From Candidatus Latescibacterota bacterium (lineage in GTDB: Bacteria; Latescibacterota; UBA2968): a stretch of 64,000 nt of DNA. Position 1 is the first letter of the stretch, and the number at the start of each line of letters is the position of its first letter. A program made the position numbers and the translations under genes. The DNA lies in NCBI GenBank assembly GCA_965205975.1, contig OZ242195.1, positions 1,312,001 through 1,376,000 on the forward strand, given 5' to 3'. The notes beneath the pieces are model-generated. The model had not been told where the DNA came from. It ran no database searches and worked only from the letters and a program-made list of their open reading frames with translations. Below are positions 1 to 9,980 of this stretch, one piece after another.

Positions 1-159
1 CGCGATGGCAAAGCGTCCCTCTGGCGCGTCTTTAGATAATTGTAAGCCACTGGACCAACCGGAGAGATTGTCGCAATAGGTCAGTGTTTGTACCGGATCG
101 CTGGCAGAGCAAGTACAGGTCCACAGAAATACAATTGTGAAGGCGATGGTTGATCGCAT
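1..159 (-). CDS. Secreted hypothetical protein, 5' part only (runs off the left edge)
   Basis: Hand translation MRSTIAFTIVFLWTCTCSASDPVQTLTYCDNLSGWSSG..., open to position 1, with AGGAGA RBS and a signal-peptide-like N-terminus. Not in the ORF track. Confidence 0.7.
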   Translation of the reverse strand, partial: MRSTIAFTIVFLWTCTCSASDPVQTLTYCDNLSGWSSGLQLSKDAPEGRFAIA

Positions 160-276
160 GGCGTTCTCCTGTGAAGTGCAAAAAAACAAGGGCTGGACAA
201 GATGACCACAACACGCTATAATATAATAAGTGTCAAATGTCAATGATGTTTTTAACTCTTGATTAGGGATACGACC

Positions 277-513
277 ATGGCAACCGTTGCAGAGACACAA
301 GCGGAATTAAAGGGCCAGTTTGAACAGTTTTCACATCGGCAACAACGGGTTGAAACAGAGGTAGATAACACACGCAGCGAGTTGACACAAGCGATTAGGG
401 ACTTGTCGAATAAGATGGACAGTAGTTTTTCATCCCTTCGGCAATTACTCGTCACATTGATTATAGCTGCCTGTGCGGTCATCGGGCTGGTGGTCACTCT
501 GTTCGGTAAATGA
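277..513 (+). CDS. Small coiled-coil protein with C-terminal transmembrane helix
   Basis: ORF 259..513 with ATG at 277; helical N-part followed by hydrophobic LLVTLIIAACAVIGLVVTLF. Confidence 0.65.
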   Translation: MATVAETQAELKGQFEQFSHRQQRVETEVDNTRSELTQAIRDLSNKMDSSFSSLRQLLVTLIIAACAVIGLVVTLFGK

Positions 514-594
514 TCGGTCGCGCCTTTTTTGTCACCTTTGTCCTTGTGCCGCTCGGTTCAAGGGCTTTTTCTTTGTTTAAATAATACTTTGGAC

Positions 595-662
595 TGACAA
601 TTCATCACTGGCAATTTGACATGGTATGCCAAAAATGGTGCTCTGTCTGTGCCATATTATCA
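595..662 (+). promoter_or_regulatory. Putative enhancer-binding-protein sites (four imperfect 13-14 bp palindromes)
   Basis: TGACAATTCATCA (595), TGGCAATTTGACA (609), TGCCAAAAATGGTG (627) and TGCCATATTATCA (650), about 100-165 bp upstream of a sigma54 promoter. Confidence 0.5.
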
Positions 663-760
663 GGTTTAGAGACGCGCAGGACGCTGAGGAAATCGAGGAT
701 ATAAATTTTAAAACATTTATTTACAATATGTTATTCAAATTTTTAAAAAAATAGAAAATT

Positions 761-777
761 TTGGCACGGGGATTGCA
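761..777 (+). promoter_or_regulatory. Sigma54 (-24/-12) promoter of hsp20
   Basis: TTGGCACGGGGATTGCA matches the TGGCACG-N4-TTGCW consensus exactly and is preceded by an AT-rich tract. Confidence 0.85.
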
Positions 778-837
778 ACTGAAATAGGGCGAGACAAGCA
801 AGTAACAACCAACAACCATATAACAGGAGGTATTGAG

Positions 838-1272
838 ATGGCACTTATTCGTTGGCAACCCCGAGAGTCTCGCGGAATTCAGCGTGAGATTGATACCCTC
901 GTGAACAAGTTCTGGGGCGACCCGCACACCTGGCACGGCACGGGATGGCATCCGAGTGTGGATGTGGCAGAATCGGAGAACGAATTTACTGTTTACGCCG
1001 AATTGCCCGGGCTGAACAAGGAAGATATCAAGGTGACGCTCGAAGACAACATGCTCACGATTGAAGGCGAGCGGAAGCGCACAGCAGAGAAGGAGAACGC
1101 ACAAGTCCACCGCAGTGAACGCTTCTACGGGACATTCAAACGAGCCTTCACACTGAGTTCCGAGATCGATGCTGAGAAGGTTTCGGCGGATTATAAGGAT
1201 GGGATTTTGACCCTCACTTTGCCCAAATCTGAAGCGGCGAAACCCCGCCAAATCGATGTTGCAGTATCGTAA
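838..1272 (+). CDS. Hsp20/alpha-crystallin small heat shock protein
   Basis: PSVDVAE, AELPG, ERFYGTFKRAF and A.YKDGILTLTLPK motifs; AGGAGG RBS. Confidence 0.97.
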   Translation: MALIRWQPRESRGIQREIDTLVNKFWGDPHTWHGTGWHPSVDVAESENEFTVYAELPGLNKEDIKVTLEDNMLTIEGERKRTAEKENAQVHRSERFYGTFKRAFTLSSEIDAEKVSADYKDGILTLTLPKSEAAKPRQIDVAVS

Positions 1273-1294
1273 TTGAATGAGCTCGTTAATCGCC

Positions 1295-1328
1295 GGGCCA
1301 TCTCGCAAGGGCGGGATGGCCCTTTTTT
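1295..1328 (+). terminator. Intrinsic terminator or attenuator between hsp20 and clpB
   Basis: GGGCCATCTCGC-AAGG-GCGGGATGGCCC followed by T6. Confidence 0.75.
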
Positions 1329-1342
1329 ATGGAAAAAACAAA

Positions 1343-3952
1343 ATGGATATGAACAAATTGACACAGAAATCGCAGGAGGCCGTGCAACAAGCCCAAGCTA
1401 TAGCACTGCGATATGGACATCAGGAGGTGGATGGCGAACACCTGCTCGCCAGCTTGCTCGCGCAGGATGGCGGCTTATTTCCCCGTATGCTTACGCGCAT
1501 GCAAGTGGATAGCGATGTTCTAAAATCGGAAGTTGAAAAAGAATTGGCGCGACAACCGAAAGTTTCTGGACCTGGCGTTGAACAGGACAAAATTTATGTG
1601 ACGCAACGTTTTCAAAAGCTGTTTCTGTCAGCTCAGGCCGAAACCGAAAAGCTGAAGGATGAGTATGTCTCAGTGGAGCATTTGTTATTGGCGCTGATTG
1701 GCGAGGGCGATGAGACTCCGGCGGGACGCATTTTGAAACAGTTTAATATTACGCGGGATAATATTCTATCTGTTTTAACGCAGATTCGCGGCAATCAGCG
1801 GGTGACGAGTGCCAACCCAGAGGTGGCGTATGAGGCACTTGAAAAATACGGTATCGACCTGGTTGCAGAGGCGCGTGCAGGCAAATTGGATCCCGTGATT
1901 GGGCGCGATGAGGAAATTCGCCGCGTGATTCGCATTTTGTCGCGCAAGACCAAGAATAATCCGGTGCTAATTGGTGAACCCGGTGTGGGCAAGACTGCGA
2001 TTATCGAAGGGCTGGCACAGCGGATTGTGCGGGGCGATGTGCCCGAATGGCTTAAAAATCGGTCGGTTTTTTCTCTGGATATGGGTGCATTGATGGCTGG
2101 CGCGAAATATCGGGGAGAATTTGAAGAGCGTTTGAAGGCTGTTTTGAATGAGATCAAGCAGAGCGACGGTCATATTTTGTTATTTATTGACGAGGTCCAC
2201 ACGATTGTGGGCGCGGGTAAGACGGAGGGATCTACAGATGCGGGCAATATGCTCAAGCCAATGCTGGCGCGGGGCGAATTGCACTGTATTGGAGCGACAA
2301 CGCTCGACGAACACCGCCAGTATCTCGAAAAAGACGCTGCTCTGGAGCGGCGCTTCCAACCCGTGATGGTCGATGCGCCATCTGTAGAGGATTCCATTTC
2401 GATTCTGCGAGGTTTGCGCGAGCGATTTGAGATTCACCACGGGGTGGGGATTCAGGATAATGCGCTGGTCAATGCCGTGGTGTTGTCAGATCGATATATT
2501 TCGGATCGATTTTTGCCCGATAAGGCGATTGATCTCGTAGATGAAGCGTGTGCAATGGTGCGGACAGAGATCGATTCCATGCCTTCGGAGCTGGATGCTG
2601 TGACCCGGCGCGTGATGCAGTTCGAGATTGAGGAAGCCGCGCTGAAGAAGGAAAAGGGCGAGTCGAGTTGGGAGCGGTTGCAGACACTCCAGAAAGAGTT
2701 AGCGAATTTGAGGAATCAGGCTGATGCGATGCGCGTGCAGTGGGAGAATGAAAAGCAGGAACTGGATGGGGTGCGAACTTTGCGAGAGAAGATTGAGCAG
2801 ACAAAACGCGAGATCGAAGAGGCAGAGCGGCGGTACGATCTCAACCGCGCCGCAGAATTGAAACACGGCACATTGCCCGATTTGGAACGGCAACTCAAAA
2901 CCGCCGAAGATTCTCAAATGATAGATAATCGGTTGTTGCGCGAAGAGGTGACTGAAGAGGAAATCGCCGAGATTGCATCGCGGTGGACGGGTATTCCGGT
3001 GACGCGATTGGTCGAGGGAGAGCGCGAGAAGTTGCTGCGATTGGACGATATTTTGCACGAGCGCGTCGTCGGGCAGGATGAGGCAGTTTCTCTGGTGGCC
3101 GATGCGGTGATTCGGGCGCGTGCGGGGATCAAGGATCCGCGTCGTCCCATCGGTTCGTTCATTTTTTTAGGCCCATCCGGCGTTGGCAAGACCGAACTCG
3201 CCCGCTCGCTATCAGAAGCACTTTTTGATAGCGAAGACAGTATGATTCGCATCGATATGAGCGAATATATGGAAAAACACGCGGTGTCGCGTTTGATTGG
3301 CGCGCCTCCAGGCTACATCGGTTACGACGAAGGCGGGCAGTTGACAGAAGCGGTGCGTCGCAAACCGTATTCGGTGATTTTGTTCGACGAAATTGAAAAG
3401 GCACACGGTGATGTTTTTAATATTTTGCTTCAGTTGCTGGACGATGGTCGCTTGACAGATGCACAGGGGCATGTCGTGGATTTTAAGAATACGGTGGTGA
3501 TTATGACATCAAATATCGGTTCTCCGTATTTGCTCGAGGGTGTGACCGATAATGGCGAAATCCGCGAATCTGCCCGCGATGCAGTGATGGCGGAATTGAG
3601 ACAGCAGTTCAGACCCGAGTTTCTCAATCGCGTAGATGATGTGGTGCTGTTTAAGCCGCTGTTGCTGTCGGAAATCACCAAAATTGTGGATTTGCTTATT
3701 GTGGATTTGCGTAACCGGTTGGCCGACAGACAGATTGATCTTACTCTTTCAGAGGACGCGAAGGGATTTATCGCCCAAAAAGGATTTGATCCAGTATTTG
3801 GTGCGCGGCCTCTCAAACGGTTTTTGCAGCACGAATTGGAGACGCGCATTGGGCGCGCGTTGATCAGTGGCGATATATCGGACGGCGCGCAGATTGAGGT
3901 GGATGTAGTGGGGGATGAGTTGATGGTTAAAGACGTGAAAGGTGGGGAGTAA
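1343..3952 (+). CDS. clpB: ATP-dependent disaggregase ClpB
   Basis: Clp N-domain, two AAA modules ([16 protein letters not shown]) and a long coiled-coil M domain; start moved to MDMNKLT. Confidence 0.97.
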   Translation: MDMNKLTQKSQEAVQQAQAIALRYGHQEVDGEHLLASLLAQDGGLFPRMLTRMQVDSDVLKSEVEKELARQPKVSGPGVEQDKIYVTQRFQKLFLSAQAETEKLKDEYVSVEHLLLALIGEGDETPAGRILKQFNITRDNILSVLTQIRGNQRVTSANPEVAYEALEKYGIDLVAEARAGKLDPVIGRDEEIRRVIRILSRKTKNNPVLIGEPGVGKTAIIEGLAQRIVRGDVPEWLKNRSVFSLDMGALMAGAKYRGEFEERLKAVLNEIKQSDGHILLFIDEVHTIVGAGKTEGSTDAGNMLKPMLARGELHCIGATTLDEHRQYLEKDAALERRFQPVMVDAPSVEDSISILRGLRERFEIHHGVGIQDNALVNAVVLSDRYISDRFLPDKAIDLVDEACAMVRTEIDSMPSELDAVTRRVMQFEIEEAALKKEKGESSWERLQTLQKELANLRNQADAMRVQWENEKQELDGVRTLREKIEQTKREIEEAERRYDLNRAAELKHGTLPDLERQLKTAEDSQMIDNRLLREEVTEEEIAEIASRWTGIPVTRLVEGEREKLLRLDDILHERVVGQDEAVSLVADAVIRARAGIKDPRRPIGSFIFLGPSGVGKTELARSLSEALFDSEDSMIRIDMSEYMEKHAVSRLIGAPPGYIGYDEGGQLTEAVRRKPYSVILFDEIEKAHGDVFNILLQLLDDGRLTDAQGHVVDFKNTVVIMTSNIGSPYLLEGVTDNGEIRESARDAVMAELRQQFRPEFLNRVDDVVLFKPLLLSEITKIVDLLIVDLRNRLADRQIDLTLSEDAKGFIAQKGFDPVFGARPLKRFLQHELETRIGRALISGDISDGAQIEVDVVGDELMVKDVKGGE

Positions 3953-3974
3953 GAAGGGAGAAGTATGCATGATT

Positions 3975-4014
3975 AAGCCCGGGTAAGCTTCTGGAGAAGT
4001 TTATCCGGGCTTTT
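3975..4014 (+). terminator. Intrinsic terminator after clpB
   Basis: AAGCCCGGGTAAGCTTCT-GG-AGAAGTTTATCCGGGCTT followed by a T-tract. Confidence 0.8.
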
Positions 4015-4126
4015 GTTTTTTCCATCGCTTTTTTCCCCTTTACTCATGTTATTCTGTGCTGTATCATTTGGAACCACTTCTGTTTTATCCTGTAATATCC
4101 TGATTCAGACATTTAAGGAGGCGTTC

Positions 4127-5167
4127 ATGGCAGAAAGAGTAAAAGTGGCCGCGCTGGGACTGGCGCACGATCATGTGTGGTCAAATTTGCGCGCGCTCAA
4201 AGCGCTGGATAACGCCGTGCTGGTGGCCGGTGCAGATGGCAATGCGGAGTTGCGAGAACAATTTGTCGAAGCGACTGGTTGTGAGTTGGTATATGATGAT
4301 TTTGAAGCGTTGCTGGACAATGAGGAGCCGGATGCGGTATTTGTGTTTACCCCGACAGCGCATCACGCCGATGTGGTGGAATTGTGTGCGCCGCGCGGGA
4401 TTCATGTGATGGTTGAAAAACCAATGGCGGCGACCTTAGAGCAAGCGGATCGCATGTTGACGGCTGCGCGAAAGGCGGGGACGGTGTTGATGGTCAATTG
4501 GCCGACGGCGTGGAATCGCGGCATCCGCACGGCTTATCGCCTGGTGCGAGAAGGTGCAATCGGTCAGGTGTGGCAACTGCTGTGGCGCGGTGGGCATTGC
4601 GGGCCGGATGAGTTGGGTTGTTCCGAGCATTTTTGCGATTTCCTATTTGATAGTCATCTCAATGGCGCGGGTGCTTTCAACGATTACGGGGGATATGGCG
4701 CGAGTTTGTGTGTGTTGTTTTTGGGGCGACCAAATCGTGTGGTGGGAATGGCGGGGCGGCTGTTGAAAACACATTTGCCCGTAGATGATAATGGGATGAT
4801 GATTTTGCGCTATCCAAATGCTCTGTGCCGGCTGGAGATGACCTGGACAGAAGCTGTGCCGAATAAGCCGCCGCACGATTTGATGTTGCACGGTACGGAG
4901 GGAACGATTATTGCGGGGAGTGATGTTGTTTTGTACACGCGCGGTAGTAAAGATGGCAAAACAATTGCGCCAGATGCATTGCCCGAAGGGGAAAATAATG
5001 CCTCCGAACATTTTATTCATTGTATTCAATCTGGCGCATCGCCCGGTTTTGTGACTTGTGCAGATTTGTCGCGCAATGCACAGGAAATTATGGAGGCAGG
5101 GCTTATTTCTGCGACCAATGGCATTGCCATGTCATTGCCCATCGAAGATCATTTGTTCAGGGAGTAG
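4127..5167 (+). CDS. Gfo/Idh/MocA family oxidoreductase
   Basis: Rossmann N-terminus and HVMVEKPMA motif; AAGGAGG RBS before ATG 4127. Confidence 0.92.
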   Translation: MAERVKVAALGLAHDHVWSNLRALKALDNAVLVAGADGNAELREQFVEATGCELVYDDFEALLDNEEPDAVFVFTPTAHHADVVELCAPRGIHVMVEKPMAATLEQADRMLTAARKAGTVLMVNWPTAWNRGIRTAYRLVREGAIGQVWQLLWRGGHCGPDELGCSEHFCDFLFDSHLNGAGAFNDYGGYGASLCVLFLGRPNRVVGMAGRLLKTHLPVDDNGMMILRYPNALCRLEMTWTEAVPNKPPHDLMLHGTEGTIIAGSDVVLYTRGSKDGKTIAPDALPEGENNASEHFIHCIQSGASPGFVTCADLSRNAQEIMEAGLISATNGIAMSLPIEDHLFRE

Positions 5168-5170
5168 GGG

Positions 5171-7441
5171 ATGCGGTGGTTTATTCTCGTCGTATTTACT
5201 ATTGCTTTTGCAGGTCAAAGTGGGGCGCAAGAAGGTGCGATTAATCGGGACAGTCTCGCAGTTTTGCTGGCTGAAGTCCCGGTTGATACACTGGTCGCAA
5301 AACTGGGGGATTCTCTGTTTTCACCCCCAGAGGGTAAGGCGCGTATTTTGCGCGATACTTATGGCGTACCTCATATTTATGGGCGCACAGATGAGGATGT
5401 CGCGTTTGGTTTTGGCTACGCACAGGCAGAAGATCATCTTCTGCAGATGTTGAAGAATTTTCGTCAAGCCAGAGGGCGTTTGGCCGAGGTCGAAGGCGCT
5501 TCGGCCCTAAAATTAGATGAAATGGCTTTGCGATGGCGCATTCACAGTATTGCGGGTGAGCGGTATGGAGATATTTCTGAGGATACGCAGCACTATATCG
5601 CGGCTTTTGTTGGGGGCATCAACCACTATATTGAAATTCATCGACAGGCATTGCCGCAGTGGGTGCAGGATGTGCGGGCGGTAGATGTAGTGGCGCTTGC
5701 GCGGTGGATTTTGTTCTTGTTTGCCGAGCAGACCGGTGAATCTGAATTGGCCCAGGTGGGATTGATGACAACGGTTCCCAAATTGCCGGGATCCAATCTG
5801 TGGGTTGTGGGGGCGTCTCGGTCTGGCAGTGGCGCGCCCGTGCTGGCGATGGATGTGCAGTTGCCGTACACAACGCCCTTTCAGCTTTGCGAGGCGCATC
5901 TGGTTAGCAATGCGGGTTTAGATGTGATGGGGGCGACGTTTTTTGGATTGCCAATTATTTTTGTCGGTCACAATAATCACGTTGCCTGGTCAATAACCAC
6001 CAATGATATCGATGTTTTTGATTTGTACGAGGAGCGTCTGGATCCGATCAATCCCAGACGCTATTTTTATGGGGACGAGAAAAGGCGCGTGGTGTCGCGA
6101 CATGTGAAAATTGGCATACATAGCGAGCAGGGGATTCGGGAGGTTGAGCGCGAGTTGCGCTATACCGATCACGGTCCTGTGTACAAGACGATTGGCAATT
6201 GGGCTTATGCGGCGCGTACGAGTGTAGAAAATCGCGTGGATGCAATAGGGCAATTGCTGGGGATGAATCGCGCGGTGACACTGAACGATTTTCAGCAGGT
6301 GCTTTCGCTTTTAGAGTTGCCGGTTTTCAATGTGATATACGGCGATGTGACAGGCGAAATTTTTTATGTGTTTAATGGCCGCTGTCCCGTGCGATCAGAA
6401 GACTTTGATTGGCGCGCGCCCGTGCCGGGGTGGACGCCTGAAACAGAATGGAGAGGTGTGATCGCATTTTTCGAATTGCCACAAGTGCATAATCCCGATT
6501 CTGGCTCTTTGCAAAATTGTAATGTCTCGCCAGATGTGGTTGCGATTGATAGTGGTCTTAAAATGGACGATTTCCCATTGTTTTTGGGGTGGGGAACGCC
6601 CAATTATCGCGCACAGCGGGTTGTGAACTGGCTGCGCACACATCAAAATATCGCGGTCGGCGATATGCAGATTTTGCTGCGGGATGATTATCTCGTTGAC
6701 GCAGAAGAATATAAGGGACTGATTTTTCGCGCGTATAACCGCGCCTGGCCCGTGCTATACGATCCCAACTGGGAGGTCGGCAAGGCTGTTCACATTCTCA
6801 GGGCATGGGATAATCGGGCGAGTTTGGAGAGCGTTGGCACACTTTTGTTTTCGATTTGGAAGGCCCGATTCGATTCGTCGTTCGCACAGGTTCCGCAAAA
6901 GCGAGATATTTTGGTGCGGGAAAAGGTCGCACTGGAGGCATTGCAACAGGCGGTCGCATATATGACTGCGACTTATGGACGACTGGATGTGCCCTGGGGA
7001 CAGGTACATTATTTGAAGCGGGGAGATCGCACTTTCCCGATGAGCGGTGCGCCTTCTGGTACGGAGGCTTTGCGTCAGACGCTGACCCGAATAGAAGCAG
7101 ATGGTACAATGGTTATCGAAGGTGGATCGGCTTTTGGGATGGTGGTTTCGCTGATGCAGCCAGTGCAGTCGTGGAGTGCGCTGGCTTATGGGAATAGCGA
7201 AGATCCCGAGTCCCCCCATTATGACGATCAGGCCGATTTGCAACATCGCAATACATTTAAGAAGACGGTTTTTACAACTGGTAATTTACAACCTGTTCTG
7301 ACTGATCTTACAACGGTTCCTTACGACCCCGAAGAAGCAGAGCGTCAATCGCTGAAGGCCCTCTGGCGCAAGCAGTTGCAAACAGGTATGGTAACACCCG
7401 ATTCTACAAATACTGAGTCAAAAACCTTACCAGACGATTAA
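5171..7441 (+). CDS. Penicillin acylase family (S45) Ntn-hydrolase, secreted
   Basis: Signal peptide; RDTYGVPHIYG and FGFGYAQAED; beta-chain start GSNLWVV; GNSEDPESPHYDDQ. Confidence 0.92.
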   Translation: MRWFILVVFTIAFAGQSGAQEGAINRDSLAVLLAEVPVDTLVAKLGDSLFSPPEGKARILRDTYGVPHIYGRTDEDVAFGFGYAQAEDHLLQMLKNFRQARGRLAEVEGASALKLDEMALRWRIHSIAGERYGDISEDTQHYIAAFVGGINHYIEIHRQALPQWVQDVRAVDVVALARWILFLFAEQTGESELAQVGLMTTVPKLPGSNLWVVGASRSGSGAPVLAMDVQLPYTTPFQLCEAHLVSNAGLDVMGATFFGLPIIFVGHNNHVAWSITTNDIDVFDLYEERLDPINPRRYFYGDEKRRVVSRHVKIGIHSEQGIREVERELRYTDHGPVYKTIGNWAYAARTSVENRVDAIGQLLGMNRAVTLNDFQQVLSLLELPVFNVIYGDVTGEIFYVFNGRCPVRSEDFDWRAPVPGWTPETEWRGVIAFFELPQVHNPDSGSLQNCNVSPDVVAIDSGLKMDDFPLFLGWGTPNYRAQRVVNWLRTHQNIAVGDMQILLRDDYLVDAEEYKGLIFRAYNRAWPVLYDPNWEVGKAVHILRAWDNRASLESVGTLLFSIWKARFDSSFAQVPQKRDILVREKVALEALQQAVAYMTATYGRLDVPWGQVHYLKRGDRTFPMSGAPSGTEALRQTLTRIEADGTMVIEGGSAFGMVVSLMQPVQSWSALAYGNSEDPESPHYDDQADLQHRNTFKKTVFTTGNLQPVLTDLTTVPYDPEEAERQSLKALWRKQLQTGMVTPDSTNTESKTLPDD

Positions 7442-7479
7442 AAATTCCCGTATTTTGGGACATTGTATCAGGAGGTTTA

Positions 7480-9897
7480 ATGCGTTCTTATATATTGGTT
7501 TTCACGCTGATAGCAGTTGTAACTCCCATATATGCACAGGGTACGGTGCAACAAGTGGTAGGCGATCTCGTCTATGTGGAAGGGCTTTCGGCTGATCTGG
7601 ATGGCAAATTGCGGATTGCAGGCGATGATGGTGCGGTTTTGCAGGTGATCAAGGTGTTGCCCAATGTGGTGGTTGCGCGCGTGGTCGAGGAAAATGGCTC
7701 GGCAGTAAAATCTGGCGATCAAATTCAGGCGGATGATGGTACGCTTGCAGGCTCGCCGCGCAGGGTAGCGCATGCGACGCGGGTTGTTGCGGCGCCGCGG
7801 ATTGACGGGCGGTTGGACGACGAGGTTTGGCAACAGGCGCAGGCTGCGGAGGGGTTTGTTCAACGCGATCCGAAATACTGGATGCCGGTTACTGAGCGGA
7901 CGGTTGTGAAAATTATTTATGATAATGAGAAAATTTATTTTGGTTTTGAATGTTACGACAAAAATCCCGGTCTCATTGTTACCAATAATATGCGCCGAGA
8001 TTCTCAGCTTTCCGGCGATGACAATATTCAGTTGTTGCTCGATCCGTTTAATGACAAACAGAATGGGGTTTTCTTTTTTGTCAATGCACTCGGCGCACGG
8101 ACAGATATGCTTTTGTCAAATGAAGGGCGAACGACGAATGAAGATTGGGATTGTATCTGGGAGGCGCGGTGTGTGCGTCACGAGAGAGGCTGGACTGCCG
8201 AAATAGCGATTCCGTTTAATCAACTCCGTTTCAATCCGTCTGATGAGATGGAATGGGGGATTAACATGGGGCGTTATATCGGGCATAAGAACGAGGAGAC
8301 CGCATTTATTGTCGGGCGACATACGCCATCGCCCCGGCGGAGGTATCAGATGACAGATATGGGTGTGTTGCGCGGATTAAAGGCTGTTGAAAGAAAGCGG
8401 CTTTTCCAGATCAAGCCATATCTGTTGCCGGGAACTTCGCGCAATTTTGCAGGCGATGAGGGTGAGAATCGCACGTTTGAAGCAGGTGCAGATGTGCGTT
8501 ATGGCTTGACGCCTAATCTCGCACTGGATGTGTCTTATAATACGGATTTTGCCCAGGTCGAAGCCGATCAAGAGCAGGTGAATTTGACGCAGTTTTCCCA
8601 GTTTTTTCCCGAAAAGCGCGAGTTTTTTCTGGAGGGGGCGCAGTTGTTTGATTTTGGCGAGGCCGCGTCAACTCGCGGTGGCGATGTGCGCCCGCCAACA
8701 CTGCTGTTTTACAGCAGAAGAATCGGTCTGGATGGGGGGCAGCCCGTGCCGATTCTCGCAGGTGGCAAACTGGCTGGTAAGGCCGGTCGCACGAGCATTG
8801 GTGCGTTAAATGTTCTGACGGATTCTGAGACGTTGGACACGCAGACCCTGCCGCGTAGAAATTTTTCCGTGCTTCGGATCAAACGCGATGTGTTCGCGCG
8901 GTCCAATGTGGGTTTTATCTGGGTAAATAAACAAAGCGAAGTGTCCGAAGGTGGGTGGGGCGACTACAATCGCGCAGGGGGGCTGGATTTCAGTTTTTCG
9001 CCTTCAACCGCGGTCAATATACAGGCTTTTTACGCGCGTACCTGGGATACAGAACGAGAAGATGCAGACGATGCACGGTATCTTCGCTTTTCGTATAACG
9101 GTACCAAATACTCGGGTTCGGCAACTGTTCTGGATGTGGAAGATGATTTTGAGCCGGAGGCGGGGTTTGTCAATCGTCGGCGTGGGATTCGGGGATTTCG
9201 GCGCTACAATGTTAATCTATCCTATTTGCCGCGTCCCCAGGTCGCCAATATCCGCAATTTGAGATTCACGCCCGATATTCAGATAATTGAAGACGACGAA
9301 GGCGAGGTACCGTTCCAGCGGTTCAGACTTGACGGTGTGCTCGCACTTCAGACGGCTGACCGCTTTTTGGTGCGTATGGAAAGGACCCGCGATGTTGTGA
9401 CGCGGACTTTTAGACCGTCGCGCAAGCGACCCGATGTCGCCATTCCACCGGACGAATACACTTTTACATCGTTCAGGCTGGGACCGGATACGGCAAATTA
9501 TCGCAAATTGCAGTTGGATTTCGATTTTCTGGTGGGAACCTATTATACGGGACACCTGTATCGGGTGACGGCAGAAAATGCCTATCGGCCCAATGGCAGA
9601 TTGGGTATTGAGCTGATTTACGATGGCAATTGGATTCGCTTGCCACAGGCCAATCTCAATATTCAGGCATTGAGTACGCGGTTGATTTACTCGTTTACAA
9701 CCGATTTCTTTTTTAAATTTTTTGCACAGTGGAATAGTGACAGCGAATCCGTGGGCGCAAATTTTTTGCTCAATTACCGATTTCGCCCGGGCAGCGATAT
9801 TTTCTTTGTGTATGATCACGGGTTTGGAACCGATGGCAATCTTCACCAGACCGGCCGCGCATTGCTGCTCAAGGTGTCGTATTTGATTGGGTTGTGA
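7480..9897 (+). CDS. CBM9-like / DUF5916-type outer-membrane protein
   Basis: Signal peptide; PRIDGRLDD.VW and WTAEIAIPF (CBM9-like); NTDFAQVEAD and FFPEKREFFLEG; beta-strand C-terminus LLKVSYLIGL. Confidence 0.85.
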   Translation: MRSYILVFTLIAVVTPIYAQGTVQQVVGDLVYVEGLSADLDGKLRIAGDDGAVLQVIKVLPNVVVARVVEENGSAVKSGDQIQADDGTLAGSPRRVAHATRVVAAPRIDGRLDDEVWQQAQAAEGFVQRDPKYWMPVTERTVVKIIYDNEKIYFGFECYDKNPGLIVTNNMRRDSQLSGDDNIQLLLDPFNDKQNGVFFFVNALGARTDMLLSNEGRTTNEDWDCIWEARCVRHERGWTAEIAIPFNQLRFNPSDEMEWGINMGRYIGHKNEETAFIVGRHTPSPRRRYQMTDMGVLRGLKAVERKRLFQIKPYLLPGTSRNFAGDEGENRTFEAGADVRYGLTPNLALDVSYNTDFAQVEADQEQVNLTQFSQFFPEKREFFLEGAQLFDFGEAASTRGGDVRPPTLLFYSRRIGLDGGQPVPILAGGKLAGKAGRTSIGALNVLTDSETLDTQTLPRRNFSVLRIKRDVFARSNVGFIWVNKQSEVSEGGWGDYNRAGGLDFSFSPSTAVNIQAFYARTWDTEREDADDARYLRFSYNGTKYSGSATVLDVEDDFEPEAGFVNRRRGIRGFRRYNVNLSYLPRPQVANIRNLRFTPDIQIIEDDEGEVPFQRFRLDGVLALQTADRFLVRMERTRDVVTRTFRPSRKRPDVAIPPDEYTFTSFRLGPDTANYRKLQLDFDFLVGTYYTGHLYRVTAENAYRPNGRLGIELIYDGNWIRLPQANLNIQALSTRLIYSFTTDFFFKFFAQWNSDSESVGANFLLNYRFRPGSDIFFVYDHGFGTDGNLHQTGRALLLKVSYLIGL

Positions 9898-9923
9898 GAT
9901 AGGCTCTATCACAGAAATGAAAC

Positions 9924-9958
9924 AAAAAAGCACCCGAATAACACTCGGGTGCTTTTTT
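9924..9958. terminator. Bidirectional terminator
   Basis: AAAAAAGCACCCGA-loop-TCGGGTGCTTTTTT between convergent genes. Confidence 0.85.
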
Positions 9959-9980
9959 GTTTTTTAACCTGGTTGCATTC

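Noticed and set aside
32..214. 60-aa minus-strand ORF from the track
   Set aside because: A different minus frame starting at 159 has an RBS and signal peptide and is the better gene call.
560..837. CIRCE/HrcA operator upstream of hsp20
   Set aside because: TTGGCAC is not followed by the N9-GAGTGCTAA half-site; it fits the sigma54 consensus instead.
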